Source: Anthoceros angustus
Taxonomy: Eukaryota; Plantae; Anthocerotophyta
DNA: 64,000 nucleotides
Reading direction: 5' to 3'
Assembly: GCA_010909165.1 (NCBI GenBank)
Contig: MU008188.1
Coordinates: forward strand, 558,001 to 622,000
Below are positions 48,566-60,015 of this stretch, piece after piece; position 1 is the stretch's first letter, and each line of letters begins with the position of its first letter. The translations under genes were made by a program, and so were the position numbers. The notes under the pieces are model-generated. The model had not been told where the DNA came from. It made no database searches and worked only from the letters and a program-made list of their open reading frames with translations.

Positions 48566-50647
48566 AAAGAATGACACTCCATCCTAGTACAGATAGGAGG
48601 GAGGGAGACTGGTGCGGTGGAGGGAAACTAGCACGATTTACAAAGTTCGCCTAAGTGTTGAGTTCTTATCTCCGTTGGTGTAAGATGGGTGCACATTACT
48701 ACTTTGTATTCCTTCCCTATTCACCGAGGTTTAGGATTTAGGATTATGTCGCAGGTTCTCAAGAAGGATCCAGACCTAGTACCATGTCCATCATCAATTA
48801 TGTCTCCTTAAACCAAGTATAAATTGTCACTTATCACAATTACTTGTTCGCAAGGTACACCACTACTACTTGTAAGCCAAATATCCGCTCGAGTCTTACA
48901 ACATCATGTAGGGTGGGAACACCATATCCTCTTGAGGAGCATTGCGGGAAGGCTTTCACACTCACCAAGCCCAACAAGATATCAAAGCATAAAAATGAGA
49001 GTTAGCCGACAACAAAATCTCAATCATACGCCATGAGACTATGAAAACACATTATGATCATTATATTATCATTAATCATTATCAATTATCATTAATCATT
49101 ATCATTATATTATCATTATCGTTATCATTATTATCATTATTATCATTATATTATCATTATTATCATTATATTATCATTCATTATCAATTATCATTATCAT
49201 TATCATTATCATTAATCATTATCGTTATCATTATCTTATCATTATCTTATCATTATAGAAAAGAGTTAAAAAAAGGGGTTATAGTCCAAAGTGCCATTGC
49301 TTGGAGAACAATAGATACGTTGTTTAAGAAGGCAATAAGGAGCTCTTGAGACTCACGCTTGAGCATAGCTAGACCTTGTTTGAACTTCGTTCCATGTCTA
49401 GTTAGCCATGTGTTTGAACTTTGTTCCATGTCTAGTTAGCCATGTGTAAACCGTACCAACTAGTTGACGGATACAAGCACACGTGGTCCCCAGTTTGCCG
49501 ACGTGGTAGGGTATAGTTCAATTCAAGCTAAATTGATCATCAAGCTATACTATGTCGGATAGTTCACGCGAACGAGGTTAAATAAAATGTTTTTATCTTT
49601 TATCAATGACTCCATATGCATGCTATTTCAAATGACTTTCATGTTACTCCATGCTATTTCATCCATTCCTCTTCCCGCTTATCGGGTCAGCCCGTTTCCA
49701 AGCTTTCGGCCATGGCCTCACATGTACAGTGCTCGCATCGTGCTGGAGGTTGTGGACAAGAAGGGAATTCAACTCAAGCACTCACCAAGCTCAAGCTATT
49801 AAAGCGTGCTAGAGGTTGTGGATAGGAAGGGAATTCAACTCAAGCACTCACCAAGCTCAAGCTATTAAAGCCCAAGTCGCAGACACTCGCTCATCAAGCC
49901 CAAGCCAAGCCCAAGTCGCAACCACTCGCTCACCAAGCCCAAGCTATTAAAGCCCAAGTCGTAGAGGCTGCTCACCAAGCTATTAAAGCCCAAGTCGCAT
50001 ATACTTGTTCATCAAGCCCAAGCTATTAAACCTCAAGTCGCAGACACTCGCTCACCAAGCCCAAGCTATTAAAGCCCAAGCTGCAGACACTCGCTTACCA
50101 AGCTCAAGGTAAGCTACGCTCAAAAGAGGCATTTTGGGCGAGGAAACGTTTCGCCCATGGAACATGGGCAATCAAATGGTGCTGGGTAAAATGAAATTCA
50201 AATGTTGTAATGAAAACAAATATTACCATTTAGTTAATAACTGCCGGTCTAAAGGCATTTACAGTTCGATTTGTACAATTTGTACTTCATAGCCCGTTCA
50301 ATTCTTCAAGTCCATATAGGTCCTAAATAGAAAAGCAGAGCCTTATTCATTCTTGCCTACCTCACCATAAAGCTTTTGCACTCAAGGTCTTTATTCAAGG
50401 CTTCAAACGTATGTCAAATAAGGAGGTTGAAGAGGCACACCATCTTACATTCCACTTGACTTGGAGACTAAACTCAAAGATGGTTTCGCACTTTATGGTC
50501 TCATTGACAAACCTCACTCCTCGGCGGGGACATGCAAATCAGTGCCGGTTCGTCGGAGGCCGACAATATGTGGAAAACCGTGACGAATCGGGGCGCCCCA
50601 TTCTAGGGGACCACTCTTGCAAGCTGGGCTTTTTAATGAGGAGACAT

Positions 50648-50697
50648 TCATTATCATTATCATTATCATTATCATTATCATTATCATTATCATTATC

Positions 50698-50729
<32 letters not shown>

Positions 50730-50736
50730 CATTATC

Positions 50737-50768
<32 letters not shown>

Positions 50769-51462
50769 CGTTATCATTATCGTTATCATTATCATTATCA
50801 TTATCATTATCATATCATTATCATTATCATTATCATTATCATTATCATTATCATTATCATTATCATTATCATTATCATTATCATTATCATTATCATTATC
50901 ATTATCATTATCATTATCATTATCATTATCATTATCATTATCATTATCATTATCGTTATCATTATCATTATCAATTATCATTATCATTATCATTATCATT
51001 ATCATTATCGTTATCATTATCATTATCATTATCATTATCATTATCATTATCATTATCATTATCATTATCATTATCATTATCATTATCATTATCATCATTA
51101 TCATTATCATTATCATTATCATTATCATTATCATATCATTATCATTATCATTATCATATCATTATCATTATCATTATCATTATCATTATCATTATCATTA
51201 TCATTATCATTATCATTATCATTATCATTATCGTTATCATTATCATTCATTATCATTATCAATTATCATTATCATTATCATTATCATTATCATTATCATT
51301 ATCATTATCATTATCATTATCATTATCATTATCATTATCATTATCATTATCATTATCATTATCATTATCATTATCATTATCATTATCATTATCATTATCA
51401 TTATCATTATCATTATCATTATCATTATCATTATCATTATCATTATCATTATCATTATCATT
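50648..51462. repeat. (ATCATT)n hexamer microsatellite, ~0.8 kb
   Basis: Directly visible. Confidence 0.99.
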
Positions 51463-52006
51463 AAAGAATGACACTCCATCCTAGTACAGATAGGAGGGAG
51501 GGAGACTGGTGCGGTGGAGGGAAACTAGCACGATTTACAAAGTTCGCCTAAGTGTTGAGTTCTTATCTCCGTTGGTGTAAGATGGGTGCACATTACTACT
51601 TTGTATTCCTTCCCTATTCACCGAGGTTTAGGATTTAGGATTATGTCGCAGGTTCTCAAGAAGGATCCAGACCTAGTACCATGTCCACTACCGAAATTAT
51701 GTCTCCTTAAACCAAGTATAAATTGTCACAGTTATCACAATTACTTGTTCGCAAGGTACACCACTACTACTTGTAAGCCAAATATCCGCTCTTCGAGTCT
51801 TACAACATCATGTAGGGTGGGAACACCATATCCTCTTGAGGAGCATTGCGGGAAGGCTTTCACACTCAGTCCAATGAAATGTAGATTAACATGACAAAGT
51901 AATGCCATGGAGACATGGAGTAATGCATATTTAATAAATCAAATAAATAAAATTTTAGATAAATTTGTTATTTATTTCTAGTTATTAGAGGTTAGATTGA
52001 GAGCAA

Positions 52007-52545
52007 GTTGTTGTAGTATAGTGGTGGTATTTCCTTGTGCAGATTTTTCTCTTTTTATATCTTTAAGCTCTCTGACCTTTGTCTTTCTGAGTTTCTTGAT
52101 CATTAGTAGGCTTTGTTGGACTTCTTATAGCTATTGCCTTTTTTTTTTTTTTCATTTCTTATAACTTTTTCCTCATCTTTCTTTTATCTCAAATAATTAC
52201 TGTCCCTCTACTTGAGACGTTCGTATGCGTGATCGTGGGGGGTAGTCCCTTGGCATGGTGCCCTTCATTGGGTTTTTCCCCGTTTGTTTTTGGGGTGGAT
52301 GGGTTTTTCTTATCTCTTTTTTATAATAAAGTCTTCTTTTCCTTGAGACATACGTATATGTACTCTGCTTTGAACTATCTCTATCCCGTGGTGTTCCTTG
52401 GACCGTTAGCGAGAAAAAGTAAAGTTGTGGTTGGTGGATAATCCTATCCTTCACGAGCATAACCCAGGTTCGACCTCCAGCACACGGATAACCCGGGTTC
52501 GACCTCCAGCACATGGATAACCCGGGTTCAACCTCCAGCATCGAT
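52007..52545 (+). pseudogene. tRNA-Asp-derived relic or SINE head: 5' half at 52007-52034, 3' half at 52448-52487 with triplicated T-arm
   Basis: GTTGTTGTAGTATAGTGGTGGTATTTCC resembles the plant tRNA-Asp(GTC) 5' end GTCGTTGTAGTATAGTGGTAAGTATTCCC. TCACGAGCATAACCCAGGTTCGACCTCCAGCA resembles its 3' part. The 29-bp unit occurs x3. Confidence 0.55.
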
Positions 52546-53393
52546 GTATGAGCCACACCTACATATACTAGAAGACCGAGTACCTTTTAGAAAAAGGTTC
52601 CGCTAGAAAAAAAAAAAAAAACTTGTATCGTATTTATTGTTAAGTACTCATATCTGATTAATTCTATTTCGTCTTGCTTGTGAAAATGTAGTTATGTTGT
52701 TTGGTGTGTGCATGATGGGGCCCGGCCCGGCTAGCCAATCGTTGCACGTTTCAAGGTTGTGAGTCATGGGAAGGAAGGGGAGGAGATGTTTCCAAGGGTA
52801 CCGAGACTAGAGGGAAGAGAAGAGGATGTTTCTAGTAGAAGCGAAGTAGGCGTTGTGAACATTTGTGGGGTGAGAGGAAAGGAAACATTCTAGGGACTTC
52901 CATGATGGAAATTGCTCATGGTAGCGTAGCAAGTTGAAAGTAGTGCGAGGGCGGGAGCCGGGGCCGTTTGTGCGGGGTGTGAAAACGAGGAAGCGAAGAT
53001 TAGATACTAGGAGTCTATTAGGGGAGGAGAGGGGTGGGGGAGGGGCCAGGGGTCCGAGGAGCGAGTGCCGAACGAGGATTGGATAGGAGGCCGGAGGGCG
53101 GGGGCAGGCCCGGCGTCCGGAGTGCCGGGGAGAAATTAATGAGCGAGTCAAGGGAGTGATGATGAGGAGCATCGGAAGGGAGGAAAGGGACGTTACAATG
53201 CGAGTAAGATGGTGGTGCGAGTTACCGAGGAAGTGAGGAGAAGGGTGGAGGCCGCGGCAGCAGCAGCAGCAGCAGCGGCTTCTTTTGATGCAAAAGCGAA
53301 GATGCCGGTTGCGAGGCCCGATATTCAGCCACACCTGCACCCGCACCGGGTGTAGGGAAAGGAGTGATGAGTCGGCAGCGGGCAGGTGGAGGC

Positions 53394-53474
53394 GAGGAGG
53401 AGGAGGAGGAGGAGGAGGAGGAGGAGGAGGAGGAGGAGGAGGAGGAGGAGGAGGAGGAGGAGGAGGAGGAGGAG
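53394..53474. repeat. (GAG)27 microsatellite upstream of HSF
   Basis: Directly visible. Confidence 0.97.
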
Positions 53475-54741
53475 CGAGGGCGCGAGCCGCGAGTGAAGGC
53501 ACCGCAGTCGGCGCGGACCCCAAGCCTCCTATGTCCCGGCCTGATGGAATATCCCCCCGAAACGGGGGGACAAAAGGGCAGGCCCGCAGACCGCAGACCG
53601 CAGACCGCAGGCCGCAGGCCGCAGGTCTCCTGGCCTCAGGGCTGGCCAGCCCGGCAGCCAGCAGCAGCAGCAGCAGCAGCTCCGGGATGTGAGAGTGTGC
53701 CCACTGCCCGCTCCCCTGCGCTCGCGCTTTTACGGATGTACCTGCTTAACGCTCAGTTAAACTCGCAGTAATGACTCCAGGCTTCCCCGTGCCACCCTTG
53801 AATTGCTCTCCGGGTGTCTCTGGTCTCTACGTGCTCCATTTCGATTCTCTCTAGGGCAGGACCCAGCAGCAGTAGCAGGCAGGAGGGCCCCAGGGGCTCC
53901 TAAAGGGGAAGGAACGGAAAGGGGAAAGGGGAAAGGGAAGGGGAAAGGGAAAGGAAAGTAAAGGAAAGGAAAGGAAAGGAAACGAAGCACACTTAGCACA
54001 GGCTCCGCCTTCTATTCCATTCCGTTGGTGAATCTTCTCATGCTTCTCTTCTTCTCTCTTGCAAGCGCAATCTCGTGGAAAGCAAAGGCTTTGTTGGCCT
54101 TGGCTTTGGCTTTGGCACTTTGCATCGCCTTCGGGCATGCGCCAGCCCATCTCTCTCTCCACCGGCTAGCCTCTTCCTCCTCCTCTCCGTTCAGCTGCTG
54201 CTGGGCTCTGGCGCTGGCTGCCGCTGGCGCTGCCGCCGCGGCTGGCGCTCCTCCGCCCTCGCGGCCCGGCCTGGCCTGGCCTGGCCTGGCCTGTCCCCCT
54301 ACTCCTCCTCTGGCGTCGAGCCTGGGGCGCCTCTCTGCAAAGCGAGCCCAGCAGGCCAAGGCTCGTCTCGGCCCGCCCCGCCTGCACTCTGCACACAGCT
54401 CCCTGCTTCCCTGCTCCCGCCGCTGCCCCCCCGATCTCCTCCATGGCCTCCTGCGGATGCTTCTCCGCTCCCTGGCACTACCTTGCCGGTAATGCCCCTG
54501 TGCGGTGAACGTTGCCGCGCGCGCGCCGCCATCCTCCGCTGCTCTTGAACCTCCTCTTCCCACTCCCCTGCCTCGCCCCCGCTTGCATTGTGCTCTAATT
54601 CTGCTCATTCGCGCTCTCCTCCACAATTGCGTGGCCCCCGGTCTGCCGCCTTCCTCCTCCCGCTCTCGCTCTCTTCTTCTGCTTGCCCCCTTCGGCACGG
54701 CAAGAAGCGCTTCTCCCCCCCTTCCCCAATTCGCTGCGCCC

Positions 54742-57132
54742 ATGGCACACCCGGGAGAGTGCAATGAGGGAGTGCTGCTCTCCGTGGACCCCCATAGGTC
54801 TGTCCCGGCGCCCTTCCTCACCAAGACCTATCAGCTGGTGGACGATCCCGCCACCGACGACATTGTGTCCTGGGGGGAGGACAACACCACCTTCATCGTC
54901 TGGCGGCCGCCGGAGTTCGCCAGGGATTTGCTCCCCAATTACTTCAAGCACAACAATTTCTCCAGCTTCGTCCGCCAGCTCAATACCTATGTAAGTGCCG
55001 TGCCGTGCCGTGCCGTGCCGTGCCGTGCTTCTCAGACTGCTGTTTCTTGAACCTCTGCTGCCCGCGCCCGGATGGCTGGATGGCTGGATGGAGCGGATAC
55101 TATGGCAGGCACTGACGCCTCCGCCTGCTGTGCTCTGCTCTGCTCTGCTCTGCTGCAGGGCTTCCGCAAAATTGTGCCTGATCGCTGGGAATTTGCGAAC
55201 GAGTTCTTTCGTCGGGGAGAAAAACAGCTGCTTTGTGAGATCCATCGCCGCAAAACTTCCACCCAGGCCACCCCCGGGGCTGGAATCTTGAACCCTGCTC
55301 ACCTTCCTCCCACCAGATCTCACTCGCCTTCGGCGGAATCCGCCGAGGACGGCCAAGGCGGCAGTAGGCCCTGGTCCCCCTCCTTGTCGTCGCCGGTGTC
55401 TTCCCCGCGGCCCTTGTCCACTGCCGTCGCAGCCCCACCGGGACCTTACTCCATGTCCATACCCATGCCCTTGCCCGGGCCTAGCCCTTCCAACAAAATC
55501 TCGGAAGAGAATGAGCAGTTGCGTCGCGACAACAACGCCCTCGTTTCTGAGATGGCCACCCTGCGCCGTTTGTACGATGACATGGTACGCTTTCCGCTCC
55601 CTCGCATTCTCCCCGCTCTGCTATCCTGGCCATGGGGTACCAGGACGCCGATGACCCTCGTGCTAACTTGCTGTGATCTCTGGCAGGTTTCGTTTGTGCA
55701 ACAGCATCTCAAGCCTACCACGGCTGCGGCTGCTTTGAGACCGCTGGCGGAGCTCTCCCCTCGGAATAGGGTGGGGCCGTCTCTGGCTCCTGGGGCACGC
55801 CTCACATGTGAGGCGGTCCCTGTCTCTGGAAGGGACTTGGAGCCGTCTGCAGGGCCTTGCAAGGAAGCACCTGGCTTCTCTTCAGGTCACCATCAGGTTC
55901 ATCTGCGGAAATTGGGAAACCCTCTGTATCGGGGGCCTCCTTACGAGGAAGCAAATGGAGCAGGATTGAGTGCTGCGCATGCGCAACCCTTGCAAATCTT
56001 GAGGAGTAGTATGAGTGTGCCATCCACCAACCATTTATCTCTGTATCATGATGGGAGCAGGGCAGGTCAAGTGCAGTCCCCTGCCAATTACGGGAAGCAT
56101 GTCCATGAGCCGCAGCAGAGCCTCCAGTATGCCACGATTTTGAGAAACAATGGCTTGAGGAGGGAGCAGAGGATGGGTGAGCATTTTGAGCTCGTTTCTT
56201 CGCCCACCGGCCTTGTATTGCAGCCACCCAGGCCACCGACTCGGGGGCTTGTTCAGGACTGTCCTGGCCGAGACCACACCACTGCTGCGCAGATCACCTC
56301 AGCTGAGAGTAGCTTTTTCCTTGCCAATATGAGGGGTCATCACAGCAACCAGTCCAAGGCCACTCTTTCTCTCATGTCTGAGAGTGTCGATCGATTTGAA
56401 GCTGGGATGTCTACTTCTAGCTTTCCAGGGGGTGAGAAACGAGGGGTCTCTCAGCTATCTGGGACCTCCTTCGCTCCTTCGTCCAACATGTCCGACAAGA
56501 CATCTCAGGGGAAGTCGGGGGGACTTCTCAACTTGAACTACGATGTTGAAACCTACAGAGAGGATGTTGACAACTACAGAGAGGATGGGGATACGGCACT
56601 TTGTACAGACCTGGCTCTAAATCAGTCAGAGGGTGTTGGGAAGTCCAAGGCGTGTGAATTTCGTCTCGGCTTGCTCAGACTTGAGACAAGCACCTTCAAA
56701 GCGCAACGATTCACTTCCTTATCGCAGGACTTGGAGACGACGGAAGTTGCATCCGTTAGTGCCAAGGATACCAGCTCAAAGAGTGGTGTTGAAGCGTCTA
56801 CATCCAAGCCTTTTGATACGTCCTCTGCAGAGAGCATGGAGACCTCTTCCAAGTCGGAGACTGGGAACAGTCCCACTAAGCTGTTCGGGGTGTCCATCAA
56901 CCAGCCATCAGGAAAAAAGCGGCTCCCTGAGTGCGACACTCCAATAATATGCAGCTTGACACCTTTGCTTCTTGACCAGCAGGGTCCTTGTTCCAGGATG
57001 AATGCTGAAGAGAGCAGCTGTGTCGGAGAGATGGTCTGTGCAGCCAGGAGCCAGAAGGTTCATCGAGTTTTCCACTCGGCCACAAGTTCATGGCAAAGGT
57101 ACTCAGATAAAAAATATGCTCATCTTTGTTGA
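54742..57132 (+). CDS. Heat shock transcription factor, class B (HsfB4-like DBD); exons 54742-54990, 55159-55584, 55687-57132
   Basis: [14 protein letters not shown]...[16 protein letters not shown]|[22 protein letters not shown] with the conserved DBD intron, compact HR-A/B ([19 protein letters not shown]), and the class-B repressor motif KLFGV followed by GKKR. Confidence 0.93.
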
Positions 57133-57562
57133 CAGCGAGCAACGAAAAAACAGAGGAGTCTGCGCCGAAGACACTCCAGCCAGGCCTACATGAATGTGTC
57201 CAACTCTTAACCTAAACTATCTTCTCAGCAGGCCCGTGCCGAGTGTCTTCCTGAAATTTTTTTAGGTTACGTAGTGTAGATGACATTCTCTTAGATGATT
57301 AAACGAAGAGGAAAGTCACTTGCATTCCACGGGCTAGGAGGTGGCCGGTGCTTAAAATCTGTCTATTTTAGGTCACCCCAGTTGGTTCACAGTACACAGT
57401 ACACAGCCCTAACGATGATCCCAACGTCAAAGAAGTGCCGCAATTGCAGTCTGGTGTGCGATAATGTCGACAACGTAGAAACATCATGTCAATTAATTAG
57501 TTTCTGGAATTCTCAGTTGAAATTTTCCAACGTTGAACATCTGCTTTACCACGGAAACATTC

Positions 57563-59765
57563 CTAAGGTGCTTCAAATCCGAAGATCCTGAAAACCCCTG
57601 AGAAAACAGCGCACATGCAAACTTATAAGTTCAAACTCATACCTTACGCTTCCGCAACGAGTCATTCACCCAAACGTGAGCTGAAAATCGCAAACCTTCA
57701 TCAGCTTGATATTTGTTCTTGTCATCGGCTGCGAAAGCAAGAAGATTGTACTTTGGATTCCACTCCACGCTGTTCATTGCAGCTCGACTTGGTATTTGAA
57801 AAACTGACCTCCCAGTCTCTACTTCAGCCTGGCGTGCATGAATCAGCTAAATCGTCAAGAAATACAGAAAACAACTCAAAGAGCGGAACGACATTGTAGA
57901 TGAGGGCTGAAACTAACAATGTCGATGAAAAGGTCTTCACTGGCCGAGGCCACAAACTGACCATCATGATTGAAACTTATCGTGCGAACTGGCCACCTGA
58001 AAAGCGAAAGCGAAAGCACTTCTATGAGTGTAACTTGCAGAAGACGCACACTAAAGCAGACGACCAGTTACATAAATCTCGTGACATAGCTGAGGACAAA
58101 TGCTAGCCTGCAGTGAAACTTCAGAAGAAACATCAGACACACTGAGGGCCTCACTCTAACTTCGTAAACGTTCGCGCACATAGCATTTCTGACACATCCC
58201 AGAGACTAACCAGCGCATCTGCACTCCCTACTGCGAAATACCTGAACACAATTGCCACAGCACAGGGAAAGGCTTCAGCACACTCACTCCTCGTCGGCAC
58301 CATTTCGGCTCCTAAAACATTCACAAGTGCAGGCTCCTCACTCCTTCTGACATTTAACGAACCTGCCCGTAGGATCTATGGCAATGCAGTAGCAACCCGC
58401 TGTATGGGCAATGAGTGTGTTCAGTGTCTGAAGAGATGGGTAGGACAAAACCTCCACCGTTCCTGGGCACATGCCATTTACACTTGAGCAATCTTGCATT
58501 CCATTTCGCAGAGTAGAGTTGAAGATGTGAGAACAGTGATGGCAGCTAAAGAGCAAGGTACAGAAACAAAACCGCCAAGACAAGCATGAAATCTACCATT
58601 GCCGGTGGTAAGGAAAAAGAGTTCGCCAGTTGTGTTCCAGGCTATCTCATTCACCTGAACAAAACCGGGTGTTTACCACATGTCAAAACCAGCAACCACA
58701 CTCAAGTCCTGAAGACAAATAGTATGCTACAACTGTGCTTTTCACAATACAAGGCATACACAACAACCTTTGAAGTATTGTAATACCTCATACGAAAACT
58801 TTCGCTTCTGTACTGCTTTGAACTTGCGCACGTCTATGATGGTCAACTCGTCATCCTAAGGTGCCACATATCATCATTAGCCTTGAGGACAAAAGAGCAC
58901 CACCCAAGCTCATCGCACACTATCATTTGTCTGCAAATGTAACGATGCTATCCACCAAAAATGACCAAGCTGAAATTTACCCTGTTACCAACGGCAATGT
59001 GAGTCCCGTCAGGCTTAAAGGTGATATTGATGTTCTCCCCACTTAGCTCCACCTGTTGAGAGGTTTTCCCAGCTGTGATGTGTAAGACAGTGAAAGTTAC
59101 AAATGTATGTACAAACGCGAGGTTTCCCACAGAGAGCCACTACACTGCGACGAAGCCACAAAGCAATTACAAACAGGTGCTCAAAAGGGGGAGGAAGTTA
59201 AGTAGGTAACCATGTGAAAAACAATAGCCACTCACTGCGGACATCCCAGAGGCGCACAGTTTTGTCGCCAGATGCTGTGGCCAACAAGTCTGTATGTTTC
59301 GGATCCCAGCAGAGCTGATCAACGCTGTCAGAGTGTCCCTTCAGCTCCAGGTCTTTAGACTTACTCTGCACTAGCAAACCAGAAATCAAAGTTCCAGTCG
59401 GCGGGTGCACAATCGAGACGACCACTGAAGGAAGCCCGACAAGAGAAAACGGAAGACATACATGTCCATGAGGTTCAATGTGCCACACACGCGCGGTTTG
59501 GTCAACGGAGCCAGACGCAAGCTTCTTCCCCACACAATTCCATGCTACCGAATGCACCTGCATCCACGTGCGATCAGCAGCAGATGGCGGAGGCGTGGAA
59601 GACGCGAAATGGGCGAAAAGAGCCCTTGCCACCCACTTTCTTCTTGTGGCCAGTGAACTCGCGCGTATGCAGGGTTTTGAAGGCCGCCCCAGCCTTAGCA
59701 GCGCTGCCGCTACTCCAGCTCATTCCAGGCGCTTGGCCCTGTGGTGCTGCCTGCTGATCGGCCAT
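57563..59765 (-). CDS. THO3: THO complex subunit 3 (WD40; TEX1), ~11 exons
   Basis: REFTGHKKK|VHSVAWNCVGKKLASGSVDQTARVW, GHSDSVDQLCWDP, ELSGENINITFKPDG, AHTAGCYCIAIDP, AMNSVEWNPKYNLLA and GVFRIFGFEAP*. Confidence 0.95.
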
Positions 59766-60015
59766 GGCCTCGGCCTGATGAGGCGATCAGGCCACGCTAG
59801 GACAGAACAGGACAGGACTGGTTCCTCCTCAGCTTCATGCACGCCCAGGGTTTAACGTACTGTATGTACATAATACATAGCCTGCATACTACATATTATG
59901 TGTGGAATTCAAGTTTACATACGACGACGAGACGACCACTCCGGAGTCCCTTGATGAGAGGGTGTTGGCCCGGGAGCGTAGCGTGCGTAGCGCAGCGGAG
60001 GCTGGTGAAGGCAGG
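59766..60015. promoter_or_regulatory. Putative bidirectional promoter between THO3 and TPLATE (250 bp ATG to ATG)
   Basis: Divergent start codons at 59765 and 60016, with an AT-richer core at ~59850-59920. Confidence 0.65.

Larger units (their letters stand above)
44917..51868. repeat. Tandem segmental duplication (copy 1 44917-48967; copy 2 48968-51868), each with a 43-bp minisatellite and an (ATCATT)n array
   Basis: AGCCCAACAAGATATCAAAGC starts at 44917 and 48968. Both copies end in GCGGGAAGGCTTTCACACTCA. Confidence 0.93.

Noticed and set aside
46243-51484. Long ORFs of poly(MI), poly(ND), poly(SL), poly(YH) and poly(I)
   Set aside because: These are translations of the (ATCATT)n microsatellite, with no evidence of coding.
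52807-54824. ORFs with poly-P/G/E or Ala/Arg-rich content upstream of HSF
   Set aside because: They arise from GC-rich microsatellites and antisense frames and contain no domain.
59902-60015. N-terminal extension of TPLATE from a GTG start
   Set aside because: Homology begins at the ATG at 60016 (MDQVF), so the upstream part is UTR or promoter.
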